64,000 nt of DNA from an uncultured Rivularia sp. (GTDB lineage: Bacteria > Cyanobacteriota > Cyanobacteriia > Cyanobacteriales > Nostocaceae). The notes under the pieces were generated by a model. The model was not told the DNA's origin and made no database searches. It was given only the letters and a program-made list of their open reading frames with translations. The stretch is taken from NCBI GenBank assembly GCA_963665115.1, contig OY762007.1, positions 6,272,001 through 6,336,000 on the forward strand, given 5' to 3'. The position numbers and the translations under genes are program-made. Below are positions 51,985 to 63,800 of the stretch, piece after piece; within the stretch, counting starts at the first letter, position 1; each line of letters starts with the position of its first letter.

Positions 51985-54900
51985 TTAAAACTCCATCTCC
52001 TCTCTCTCCCCCTCAACATCACTCACAGAAACTTGAGTCAGCAAATTGATATCTATCCGCTCTGCTAATTCAGCAACAGTAGGAGCTTCAAACAAATCAA
52101 TTACAGTGATTTCAACATCAAATATCTTCAGCAACTGACCAATTAACTTGGTTGCTAATAAAGAATGTCCTCCTAATTCAAAGAAGTCATCTTCTACCCC
52201 TACTGTTTCTAGCTCAAGCACGCTGGTAAATATGTTAACTAACTTTTCTTCAGTCGGTGTCCGGGGTGCTACAAATGTTGATTCAGCGTTACCAAACCAA
52301 TCGGGAACAGGAAGGGATTTTGTATTAACTTTACCGTTGGGTGTGAGTGGTAAAGCATCTAGCATCACAAACGTAGCAGGAATCATGTAGTCTGCTAATT
52401 TTTCTTTTAACACACGACGTAATTCTGAAGATGTAGGAATTGTGGTTTTGCTTTCGGGAACGATATAAGCGACTAAGCGTTTGTCACCGGGGTTATCTTC
52501 TCGAACTATGATAAGGCTGGCTTGGATACCGGGATATTGATTTAGTAAAGCTTCGATTTCCCCGATTTCAATCCGAAAACCGCGAATTTTTACTTGATTA
52601 TCGATTCGACCAAATAATTTAATGCTACCGTCTGGGAGATAACAGGCTAAGTCTCCGGTTTTGTATAACCTCACCCCCATCCCCTCTCCTTGTAAAGGAG
52701 AAGGGTGTCCGAATTTCCCCTCTCCTTGATAAGGAGAGGGGTGTCCGCAAGGACGGGGTGAGGTTTTATCATTAAACGGATTAGGTATAAATTTTTCGGC
52801 TGTCAAATCTGGTCGATTCAAGTAACCTCGCGCTAAACCGACACCTGCGATGTGGAGTTCGCCAAGTACCCCGACTGGTAAGGGTTGTAGATTATTATCT
52901 AATATATAAAGTTGTTTGTTGGTACTCGAACGCAATACGGGTAAAATCGGATTTCCGTTGCCACACTCTACCATGCTGGCGTTGACGGTAACTTCTGTCG
53001 GGCCGTAAGCGTTAATAAATTTTCGTTTTTGCGACCATTTTGTTATTAACTCGGGGGATGGTGCTTCACCTCCAACTAATACCATTTTCAGGGCTGGTAA
53101 TTCTTCAACGGGTAAAGCTGATAATGCTGAAGGTGTAATGGTGATGTGAGTAACTTGTTTTTCTCGCAACAGTTTTAGTAAGGGAAGTCCGGGAATTACA
53201 TCTTCTAAGGATGCAAGACAAAGTTTAGCACCACTAGCTAATGCCATAATGATTTCTGGAATTGAAGCATCGAAACTAAATGAGAAGAATTGCAGTATAC
53301 AGCTATCGGAATCAACATCACAAACGCGGATTTTATCTTCTGTTAAATTAGTTAATCCCCGATGAGGAATAAGTACACCTTTGGGTTTTCCTGTCGAACC
53401 GGAGGTATAGATTAGATATGCGAGATTGTCGGTTGTGACTCCGCTTTGAGGATTTTGATAATCTGAACTACTATTATTATCTTCCCAAAAACTATCAAGA
53501 TTAATTAATATTTTCTGCATTTCTATCGGAATTATTCCGAATTCCTCTTCTTCCCTCTTCCTCAGCGTCCTCTGCGACTCTGCGGTTTTTTTATCTTTCC
53601 CAAGTTTGCTAGAGGGGGAATTAGTTGTAATCTGTTCGGCTACATCAGTAGTTTTCCCATGAGTCAATAATAAAGATATTTGAGCATCTTCGACCATAAA
53701 TGCTAATCTTTCTATAGGATATGCCGGATCGAGAGGAACATATGCACCACCGGCTTTGTGTATTGCAAGCATGGCAATAATAATTGCTGGAGAGCGTTGA
53801 ATGCAAATCCCGACTCGTACTTCTGGTGATACTCCTAAAGTTTGTAAATAATGAGCGAGTTGATTGCTGCGGTGATTTAATTCTTGATAGGTAAGTTGTT
53901 CGTTGTTATAGATTATTGCGATCGCATCACTGTTTTTTTCTACCTGGGCTTCAAATAGTTGATGGAAACATAAATCTTGAGAAAATTCTTTTTGCGTCTG
54001 ATTCCATTCCACCAAGATTTGCTGCTCTTCGCTGGGAGTTAGTAACGGTAAATCTCCTATACGCTGCGTTGGTTGATTCGCAATACCTTCTAACAACGTG
54101 CAGAAATGTCCAACCATCCGCTTAATAGTTGATTCTGCAAATAAATCAAGGTTATATTCAAATCCTCCCACTAATCCATCGGGAGTTTCGTACATATCCA
54201 AGCTTAAATCTAATTTGGCGCTAGCATTTACCTGTCCCAAAGAACTTAAAGTTAAACCCGGTATTTCTATTTTCTCTGCTGGTGGATTTTCTAATCTAAA
54301 TTTGATTTGAAACAAGGGGTTGTAGCTCAAATCTCGTTCTGGATGCAATTCTTCTACTAACTTCTCAAATGGTAAGTCTTGATGGTCGTAAGCACCCCAA
54401 GTTACTTGACGCACCCGCTGTAATACCTCTTGAAATGTCGGATTTCCATTTAAGTCAGTCCGTAACACCAAAGTATTAACAAAAAAGCCAATTAACCCTT
54501 CTAATTCAGCCCGATTCCGATTAGCGATGGGAGAAACCAACGATAATATCTGCTTGTCCGGTGTAGCGATAGAGCAGAACTTTGAATGCAGCCAGCAGAG
54601 TCATAAATAAGGTTGCTCCCTCAGAAGAAGCAATGCTTTTTAATTTATTGCTGAGTTCCGATGAAAGCTTAAACGAAACCGTATCACCTCGAAAACTTTG
54701 GACTCTAGAACGAGGAAAATCTGTAGGTAATTGAATTACTGGTAAAGTACCTCCTAGCTGTTGCTTCCAGTAGCCAAGCTGCGTTGCTAATACTTCCCCC
54801 TGCAACCATTGACGCTGCCAAACTGCAAAATCAGCATATTGAATTGATAATGGTTCTAAAGGAGACGAAATGCCCTGAGATAAAGCTGCATATAAAGTTG

Positions 54901-55570
54901 CAATTTCCTTTACTAAAACTTCCATTGACCAGCCATCAGAAATGATATGATGCATGGTTAGAAGTATAACTTTTTCAGTTGCTCCGAGTTCTAATAAAGT
55001 GACTCGTAAAAGCAAATCTTGTTCTAAATCAAAGGGTTTTTGAGCTTCCGCGATCGCAATTTGCTTAACTTTGATTTCTTGTTCTGCTTTTGGTATAAGT
55101 TGAAGATTAATTGGGTGTATAACTAATTCTTTATTCGGAGCAATAACTTGAATTAATTCTTCGTCAATAGTTTTAAAATTAGTGCGGAGAATTTCATGAC
55201 GTTGAATAATTGTATTAAGAACTTGTTGTAAAACTTCAACGTTTAATTCACCAGTAAGACGAACTGCTGTAGGAATATGATATACAGAACTACCTGGTTG
55301 CAGTTGTTCGAGAAACCATAGTCTTTGTTGAGCAAAAGATAAAGGTAATTTATTATTTCGTGAGGTAGTTGGGATGGAAGTAACTTTTTGATTAACTAAA
55401 TTTGCTTGTTTTAGAAAAGCGATAATTTCGGGTTTACGGGTTTGTAATTGAGCGGTAACTTCTGGTGTAAGAATGTCATCGGGAGCGCTACAACGTAATT
55501 TTGTGTCATCTTCGAGCCATAATTTCACGTCGAAGGTGTGGAGATGGGTGAGAAATTGTTCTATATTCAT
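51985..55570 (-). CDS. NRPS terminal module: docking-C-A-PCP (aromatic-type A domain), +1 frameshift near 54534
   Basis: [41 protein letters not shown]; hand-read code DAPTLGAVNK. Confidence 0.9.
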
Positions 55571-55686
55571 GAGATTTTTTTATAAACCGCAGAGGGCGCA
55601 GAGGGCGCAGAGGAAGAGTTTGTAGAGACGTTATATATAACGTCTCCCAAATTTTACTGAAAAAACAAACCAGTCAACACGAATTA

Positions 55687-56388
55687 TTATTCAATTTTCC
55701 AAGCTTTTTCTATCGCAATATATCCTTGAATATCGTACTCTTTTAATTGTTTTCTATTAAAAGGATAAAAATCATTTTCACCAAAGTAAGCTTCTGATAG
55801 TTCTGCAAAATACTCGGATTTATTTGTTAAAGCATAAGCATCTTTCGGTTTCTTACCGTGATTTTTAGGTACTTTTTTATATAAACCGGAATTTAGGGCA
55901 TGATTATAAGCATCAATAATTGGTTGAAAATCTTTACCAATAATTCTATCGTGATAAGCATGAGCTAGTTCGTGTAAGACGTGCCAAGGTTGGGTTTTTG
56001 TTCTGGAAATAAAATTGCGGATATTGCTAATTTCGACAGCTTTAGCTTTCTCTGGATTATAACCATGATTTCTCAACCATTTTGCAGAAGGATGGTAAAC
56101 CATTCCTGAAAAACCCTGAATATCTTTTTCCACCCAGATAGTCACGTTTTTGAGAAATTCATGGTGTTTTCGAGAAACAACACGCTCAACATTTTTTAAT
56201 TTTATATCGAGTAAAGCAATTGCGTCTTTGGTAATTTGTTTTTCTTCTTTCCAAAGTTTACGATTAATTTTAACTTTCCAGCCTTGAATATTTTTAGTTT
56301 CATATTCTGAGTTGCTAAATCCGCAACTGAATAGAAAAATTAAAATTAAAAAGCTGATTGAAGAAAATGCCAGCCAAAAAATCTTCAT
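55687..56388 (-). CDS. Exported zinc metallopeptidase-like protein
   Basis: N-terminal hydrophobic signal; HELAH plus downstream EYFAE. Confidence 0.75.
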   Translation of the reverse strand: MKIFWLAFSSISFLILIFLFSCGFSNSEYETKNIQGWKVKINRKLWKEEKQITKDAIALLDIKLKNVERVVSRKHHEFLKNVTIWVEKDIQGFSGMVYHPSAKWLRNHGYNPEKAKAVEISNIRNFISRTKTQPWHVLHELAHAYHDRIIGKDFQPIIDAYNHALNSGLYKKVPKNHGKKPKDAYALTNKSEYFAELSEAYFGENDFYPFNRKQLKEYDIQGYIAIEKAWKIE

Positions 56389-56392
56389 TTTC

Positions 56393-57304
56393 TTATCGTC
56401 TCAACCAACCATTCAGCGTAAAACGACTAGCTTTAAATTCATTTGAAGAACACGAAATCGGTAAAACTTCATGTTTACAGCGGCTGTTGAAGAAAATAAT
56501 ACTATTATTACGAGGTTCTATGACTTGACTATTTTCTTTTTGAATCACCTTTTTACCCTGCACTTCTGTATCATATATTTTTAATTCACCACCCGTAAAT
56601 TGTTTCGGCTCTTGATAAAAATAATAGACATAAGTTAATTCCCTCGTTTTAGTTTTTTCGCTTCCTGCATCGGTATGAGCTTTATAAAAAGCACCATCAT
56701 TATGAGCCGTCATCTGCATTTCTACATGAGAAACCGAAAACTCTGGATGTTTTAACTGATTTATAAGAGATGGAAATGTTTCTAAAAGTTTACTTTTTAT
56801 TAAATAATAAACTTCTGAAAACTCCTTTCCTGGTAAAATCAATGATTGACGATAATTTTCGGTATTAGTAACGGTTCTAGAATCTTGGAATTTTGATTCT
56901 TTTTTAAAGGCTGTATCTATAACTTTTTGATATTCTTCTTCAGGTAAAAAGTTGTCTATTTGTAAATAAGTAGCTGGGAAAAGTTTATATTCTATCTGAG
57001 ATGTATTTCCATTATTTATGGGAAATCTGGCAATTTTTGCTGGTTCGGAATTTTTTACCGTAAGTGGTAATTTATTATTTTTGGTTTCGGTTACTTTTAC
57101 TTGCTCGCTTTTATCTGAATAATTAGCAATTTGTAAAATTTTTAAAGCAATTTCTGCTCTTTCTGACGGAGAAATTTTTGTATCGTCAAGAATTTTTTCT
57201 AAGGTTTGTTGAGATTTGATAGCCAGAGAATTAATTATATTAGATATTTCTGCGTTCTTAAATTCGGTTTCTGCTTGGTTATGACTCTGTTTGTTGTTTA
57301 ACAT
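56393..57304 (-). CDS. 2OG-Fe(II) oxygenase (prolyl-hydroxylase-like)
   Basis: HTD...GGEL...HEV...R.TLNGW. Confidence 0.88.
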   Translation of the reverse strand: MLNNKQSHNQAETEFKNAEISNIINSLAIKSQQTLEKILDDTKISPSERAEIALKILQIANYSDKSEQVKVTETKNNKLPLTVKNSEPAKIARFPINNGNTSQIEYKLFPATYLQIDNFLPEEEYQKVIDTAFKKESKFQDSRTVTNTENYRQSLILPGKEFSEVYYLIKSKLLETFPSLINQLKHPEFSVSHVEMQMTAHNDGAFYKAHTDAGSEKTKTRELTYVYYFYQEPKQFTGGELKIYDTEVQGKKVIQKENSQVIEPRNNSIIFFNSRCKHEVLPISCSSNEFKASRFTLNGWLRR

Positions 57305-57338
57305 TATTAATAATAATTCTTGATTATTTTACATAATA

Positions 57339-60300
57339 TTACAATTCAATTTCTTTACGCCCTGTGGTTGGGGTGTTGGGGTTTTTCATTGATTGTATGG
57401 TGATTTGTAAGGCTTGGATATGTTCGGCGATCGCCACAATTGTCGGTTTCTCAAAAATGCTTCTCAACGGTAAATCTAGCTCAAAGGTTTGCCGTAAACG
57501 GGAGTTTATCCGAGTCGCTAAAAGCGAGTTACCACCTAAATCAAAGAAGTTATCGTAAATTCCAACTTGCTCTAGTTTTAAAACTTCCTTCCAGATGGTA
57601 GCAATGGCTTCTTCGCTAGAGTTACGCGGTGGCACCCTGTGGAGTAATTTTACACCTATTTCATCCACTGCGAGCAAAGAACGTCTATCGATTTTACCGT
57701 TGGATGTCAGTGGTATGGATTCCAAAATTACAAATGCAGAAGGTACCATATAACTAGGTAACTTTGCTTCTAAGAAAGAGCGCAAAAAAGTTTTTAGTTC
57801 ATCCGTTGCATCCGTTGCTGTTTCTGCTTGAATAGGAACAACATAAGCAACAAGACGTGAATTATTGTTTTGATTTTGGCTTTGATATTCTTTCGCAATA
57901 ACTACAGCAGTTTTAACTTCCGGGTGTTGCAACAATACAGCTTCAATTTCCCCTAGCTCAATCCGGAAACCGCGAATCTTCACCTGATAGTCAATCCTTC
58001 CTAGAAATTCTATGTTCCCATCGGGTAAATAACGTGCTTTATCTCCGGTTTTATAAAGAGCGGAGGGGGCAGAGGGGGTAGAGGGGGTAGAGGGGGTAGA
58101 AAATGGATTTGGTATAAATCTTTCTGCGGTTAAATCGGGACGCTTAAGATACCCGCGTGCTAAACCATCACCCCCGATGTATAATTCTCCCGCGACTCCA
58201 ATGGGAACCTGACGCAGGTGAGAATCGAGAATGTAAATTTGGGTATTGTGGATGGGAGTACCAATGGGGAGAGTGTGAGAGGGGGAAGAGGGGGAAGAGG
58301 GGGAAGAGGGGGAAGAGGGGGAAGAGGGGGAAGAGGGGGAAGAGGGGGAAGAGGGGGAAGAGGGGGAAGAGGGGGAAGAGGGGGAAGTAATTTCTTTTTC
58401 AACCTTCAATTCTCCTTGTCCCTTTGTCTCCTTGTCCCCTTGTCGTCTTCCAATTCCCCATGCCGTCACATCAATTGCGGCTTCTGTGGGGCCGTAAAGG
58501 TTATGTAGTTGAGCATCAAGACGATTAAAGAAACGGTTTTGTAATTCAATTGTCAATGCTTCACCGCTACAAATAACCTGCTTAAGAGATTTACACGATT
58601 CTAATTGTGGCTCTTCCAGAAAAGCTCCGAGCATAGAAGGAACAAAATGCACTGTGGTAATTTGTTGCTCTTTAATTAAATTTACTAAATATCCACTGTC
58701 TTTGTGTCCTCCCGGTTTGGCTATTATTAAAGTTGAACCAAATAATAATGTCCAGAAAAATTCCCAAACCGAAACGTCAAAACTAAAAGGTGTTTTTTGC
58801 AAAACTCGGTCATCGGCTGTGAGTTGATAGGTTTGCTGCATCCACCACAGCCGATTTACTAAGCCGCGATGGGTGTTGATTACTCCTTTTGGTTTTCCCG
58901 TTGAACCTGATGTATAAATTACGTAAATGCTGTTTGCTAAACTTGTGGTATTTACTGAATTAATTTCAGGTAATTGAGCAGCATATGATAGAATTTCTGT
59001 AATTTTTTCTTGAGTTAAAACCGTTTTTACTTGAGTTTCTTCCTTTATAAAATCTAATCGTTGTTGGGGATATTCTGGATCGAGGGGGACATAAGCACCA
59101 CCCGCTTTCAAGATAGCAAGGATACCAATTACCATTTCTAAAGAGCGCTCTAAACTGATACCAACTAAAACTTCTGGTTTTACTCCGATGCTTCGTAGAT
59201 AATGCGCTAATTGATTGGCTTTAGTATTAAGCTCTTGATAGGTAAGCTTTTCATCCTCAAAAATTACCGCAGTTGCATTCTTATTACGCTCAACTTGTGC
59301 TGCAAATAATTCGTGGATGCATTGCTGCGGATATTCAGCTTCAGTTGAATTCCACTCTGCTAATAACTGCTGTTGTGCATCTGTGAATACGGGCAATTCT
59401 ATCAAAGATTGTTGGGGATTATTCGCAATATTTTCTAAAAGAGTATAGAAACTCACGAATAAATTAGTAATTGTTAAATCATCGAAGCGTTGTGAATCAT
59501 ATTTAATTTTAAAATTAAGTTCATTCGCTGCTGAAACCAGCATTGTCAAAGGAAAACTTGTCCATTCTAAGGAATTTACTTTTTCAATTTTTAGTTCATT
59601 TTGAGACTTTAATAATGAAGCATCAACTGGATAATTTTCAAATACTAAAATATGCTCAAACAGCGTTGAACCTCGGGGAATTTCGCTCCAGCTTTGAATT
59701 TCTAATAAGGGACTATATTCGTACTGTAATGCTTCTATTTGTTGAGTTTGCAGTTGTTGTAACCAGGTAATTAATGATGCTTGGGGGTCAATTTGTACTC
59801 GTACTGGTAGAGTATTGATAAATAATCCTACCATTGCTTCAGACCCAGAAAGTGTAGCCGGACGACCGGAACTTGTAGCACCAAAAACGATATCATCTTG
59901 ATTGCAATACCGACTCAAAAGAATAGCAAAAGCCCCTTGAATCAAAGTGTTGAGAGTAAATTGATGGTTTTTGGCTAAATTTTTGAGAGTAGTAGTGATG
60001 CTTGCTGGTAAAGAGATTTCCTTTTCAGTCCAATTAGTTTTTGTCGAATTTGACGACGATTGTTTAACTTGCACCATATTTGGTGTAGTAAATCCCTGAA
60101 GTTGAGTTTTCCAAAATGTCTTTGCTGCTGATAAATCTTGCTGTCCCAACCAAGCAATATATTCAGCATAAGGACGACTATTATAAATTGGTAAATCTGC
60201 ACCGTTGTGAAATACTTGATATAGCCCAAAAACTTCTTTGAGAACTAATCCTGCTGACCAACCATCGATAATTAAATGGTGTTGCGTCCAAACAAATTGA

Positions 60301-60710
60301 TAGCGAGTTTCTGTTAGTTGAATTAAATTTATACGGAATAAAGGCGGAATTTTGAGGTCAAATCTCTGCTTTCTATCCTCTTCCAGAAAATCCTCTAACT
60401 TTTGCTGTTGTTCTGATATTGAAAATTCTCGCCAATCCTGCTGTTGCCAAGGTAATTCTAAAACTTTATATACTACCTGAAAAGCTTCGTCTCTTTTTTC
60501 CCAACGAAAAGCCGTGCGTAATATAGAATGTCGTCTAAATACTTCTGACCAAGCTTTTTGAAAAGCAATTACATCTGTTAACCCATCAACAGTAATACAA
60601 ACCTGCGGTACATAAGCACCAGCTTCCGGCGCAAGCAAGCTGTGAAATAGTATACCTTGCTGCATCGGTGAAAGGGGATATATATTTTCAATATTTTTTT
60701 GTTTATTCAT
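57339..60710 (-). CDS. NRPS module C(DCL-type)-A(Ser)-PCP
   Basis: IYPLSPMQQG, HHLIIDGWS; hand-read code DVWHISLIDK (Ser); FFDLGGNSL. Confidence 0.93.
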   Translation of the reverse strand: MNKQKNIENIYPLSPMQQGILFHSLLAPEAGAYVPQVCITVDGLTDVIAFQKAWSEVFRRHSILRTAFRWEKRDEAFQVVYKVLELPWQQQDWREFSISEQQQKLEDFLEEDRKQRFDLKIPPLFRINLIQLTETRYQFVWTQHHLIIDGWSAGLVLKEVFGLYQVFHNGADLPIYNSRPYAEYIAWLGQQDLSAAKTFWKTQLQGFTTPNMVQVKQSSSNSTKTNWTEKEISLPASITTTLKNLAKNHQFTLNTLIQGAFAILLSRYCNQDDIVFGATSSGRPATLSGSEAMVGLFINTLPVRVQIDPQASLITWLQQLQTQQIEALQYEYSPLLEIQSWSEIPRGSTLFEHILVFENYPVDASLLKSQNELKIEKVNSLEWTSFPLTMLVSAANELNFKIKYDSQRFDDLTITNLFVSFYTLLENIANNPQQSLIELPVFTDAQQQLLAEWNSTEAEYPQQCIHELFAAQVERNKNATAVIFEDEKLTYQELNTKANQLAHYLRSIGVKPEVLVGISLERSLEMVIGILAILKAGGAYVPLDPEYPQQRLDFIKEETQVKTVLTQEKITEILSYAAQLPEINSVNTTSLANSIYVIYTSGSTGKPKGVINTHRGLVNRLWWMQQTYQLTADDRVLQKTPFSFDVSVWEFFWTLLFGSTLIIAKPGGHKDSGYLVNLIKEQQITTVHFVPSMLGAFLEEPQLESCKSLKQVICSGEALTIELQNRFFNRLDAQLHNLYGPTEAAIDVTAWGIGRRQGDKETKGQGELKVEKEITSPSSPSSPSSPSSPSSPSSPSSPSSPSSPSSPSSPSHTLPIGTPIHNTQIYILDSHLRQVPIGVAGELYIGGDGLARGYLKRPDLTAERFIPNPFSTPSTPSTPSAPSALYKTGDKARYLPDGNIEFLGRIDYQVKIRGFRIELGEIEAVLLQHPEVKTAVVIAKEYQSQNQNNNSRLVAYVVPIQAETATDATDELKTFLRSFLEAKLPSYMVPSAFVILESIPLTSNGKIDRRSLLAVDEIGVKLLHRVPPRNSSEEAIATIWKEVLKLEQVGIYDNFFDLGGNSLLATRINSRLRQTFELDLPLRSIFEKPTIVAIAEHIQALQITIQSMKNPNTPTTGRKEIEL
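58278..58386. repeat. In-frame 9-bp tandem repeat (GAGGGGGAA)x12 inside the NRPS A domain
   Basis: Encodes (SPS)n. Confidence 0.9.
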
Positions 60711-60856
60711 TTTAAATAAGGGAATAGGGAATAGGGAATAGGGAATAATAATAAATAAAGCTTAAAGGTCAAAGGTAAAGAGTTAGGAGTTAGGAGTTAG
60801 GAGTTAGGAATTATCTTCCCCTTGTCTTCTTATCTTCCCATGCCCCATTCCCTCTT

Positions 60857-63800
60857 CTACAAATCCTCCAAAATATCATCCAATTCATCTTGACTCAACT
60901 GCATTTGCGAAAAGTCGGAAGGTGTATATCCCCCAATTTCATTACTACAAATTTGAATCAGATTTCGCAAAGCCATCATATACTCTTCCGTAACATTAAT
61001 AATCGAGCTTCGACGATGAACTGCTGTGGAATAAATCCAGTCAATCCGTAATTGACCTGCGCTAATTATCCCATTAATTTCTAGTAAAATATCTCGATTC
61101 CCGCGTTTGCTACGAGCTGCACCTGTAGATTCTTTTGCAGGTTTTACAAAAGTTGATTCTGCGAAAACTCCATCAACTTGACCTAAATAATTAAATCGGA
61201 TTTGTGGAGAAATTGCGCTCAGTTGCGTTTGTATTTCTTGATTACCCAAATATCGCAAAATACCGTAATCAATTCCTCGGTTGGGAATTTGGCGTAGTTG
61301 TTCTTTAATATTTTTAAGATTAGAGATTGCATCTTTTGTTTCACGCAAATCCAGCCAAACTGGAAACATTGTAGTAAACCAACCTACGGTACGAGATATA
61401 TCGACTTCGTTAAATAAATCTTCTCTTCCGTGTGCTTCTAAATCAATTAATAAACGTTTTTCACCCGTCCACTTTTCAAAGGTTTGTATTAGTGCTGTTA
61501 ACAATACATCATTAATTTGGGTTTGGTATGCTGCGGGTACTTGCTGTAATAAAGCTTGTGTTTCTTCTACGCTAAAAGTAATTGAAACTGTATCTGTAGT
61601 CTCAACAGTATTATTTCCTTGGGGATAATCTATTGGTAAGGAAATTTCTGGAATTGGACAGATACTTTGCCAGTATTCTATTATTTGTTCCGGTATTTGT
61701 AGAGCATAATTATGTAGAGATTGAGCATAGTCTTTAAAAGATGTAGTTTTCGGTGGTAGTTGGATTTGTTGATTTGAATTTAAACCAGAACTTAATTGTT
61801 CAAAAGCTGTTTGTAAATCAGATAAAAGAATTCGCCAAGATATTCCATCGATAACTAAATGGTGAATTACAAACAGCAAGCGATTGGAATTATTCTTATC
61901 TAATTTAAAAAATGCTACACGAACTAATTCAGTTGCAAGATTAAGGCTGGTTTGTAATTGGGTTGCTGTTTTAGTTATTGTTGATTGTTGCTGTTCTTCA
62001 TTTAAAGCTGATAAATCAAATTGCAATAACGGAGTTTGTTTATTTATATAATTATCTACATCGGCATTAATTTCTTTTAACCCAGATTCTGTATTCTGAA
62101 ACTGCAAACGCAATGCGTCATGATGTGTTAAAAGTTTCTGTATACTTTGCTCAATCCATGCAAACGGAATTGATTTATCCACTTCAAGCATTATTGATTG
62201 ATTCCAGTGATAGGAATCCGCAAGATTTTGAGCAAAAAACCAATTTTGAATCGGTGTTAACGGTACAATTCCCGTAACCTTTCCTTGCTCTGCATTTACA
62301 GAAACAGTATCGGCAACTGCTGCTAACTCCGCAATAGTTTGATGTTGAAACAATTGCTTGGGTAAGAAACGCAAACCAGCTTGACTAGCTTTAGCAATTA
62401 CTTGTATTGCTAAAATTGAATCACCACCCAACTCAAAGAAATTATCGTGAATTCCTACCGATTCAATACCAAGTAACTGACTCCAAATTTTTACTAGTAG
62501 TTGTTCTTGTCTCGTTCTTGGTTTTGCATTATTCTTATTATCTTGATGCTGATTTTTTAATTTATTTTGATAATTATCTGGTTCCGGAAGAGCGCGACGA
62601 TTAATTTTACCATTGGGAGTTAATGGCATTTCTGGCAACATCATAAAGATAGCCGGAATCATGTAATCGGGAAGTTTGTTTTGGATAAATTGTCGTAATT
62701 GAGTTGAAAAATTATCTTGATTGACTGAATTTTTTAAAACAAAATAAGCAACTAAACGTTTATTTCCCGATTTATCTTCCCAAACTTTAGTAACAGCTTG
62801 ATGAATTTCCGGATGTTGACTCAAAGCGCTTTCAACTTCTCCTAATTCAATCCGGAAACCGCGAAGTTTAACTTGATTATCAAAGCGTCCAAGGTATTCA
62901 ATCTTGCCATCAGGTAAGTAACGTGCTTTATCGCCGGTTTTGTATAGTTTGGTAATGGGTAATGGGTAATTGGTAATGGGTAATTGGGCTTTCTTCTCTC
63001 TTCCTTCTTCCTCAGCGCTCTCTGCGTCTCTGCGGTTTTTTAATCCATCACCTTTCGCAGAAACATAATTAAACGGATTAGGAATTAATTTTTCTGCGGT
63101 TAATTCTGATTTATTGAGATATCCGCGCATTAAACCATCACCCCCAAGGTACAATTCACCGGGAATACCTACAGGAACTAGTTGTAAATAACTATCAAGA
63201 ATGTAGGTTTGGGTATTGGCGATCGCACTTCCGATGGGAGGAGATTGGTAATTGGTAATTGATAATTGGTAATTGATAATTGATTCTTGTCCCCCAACTA
63301 AAGCATATGTCGAATACGTCGTATCTTCACTCGGCCCGTAAAGGTTATAAATATTTTGAATCTGAGGATGTTGTTCAAGCTGCTCTACTAAACTTTGTTG
63401 TAAAGCTTCTCCGGCTAAATTAATTGTATTAACTGAATTGGGAATGGCTTTTAGTTGGGATAATTGCGCGATCGCACTTGGCACTGTATTAATTAAAGTA
63501 ACCGAATCTGCTGTATTCAGGTAGGGAAGTTGTAAAGCATTTTCTGCGATAATTACTTTTCCACCCCAAGATAAAGGTACAAATAATTCAAACACAGATA
63601 AATCAAAACAAATGGAAGTTGATGCGAGTACTCCTGAAAGTTGTGTATTGTTGAAGACATCCCGCGACCAGTGAATCAAGGTTGTAGCGCTACGATGGGT
63701 AATTGCGACACCTTTGGGTTTTCCAGTGGAGCCTGATGTGTAGATGATATAAGCAAGGTTTTGGGGGGTCTACTTTTACATTAATATTGGCTGTGCTTTC

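Noticed and set aside
58157..58508. ORFs with GKR, GGR or PPL repeats
   Set aside because: Alternative frames of the 9-bp tandem repeat inside the NRPS
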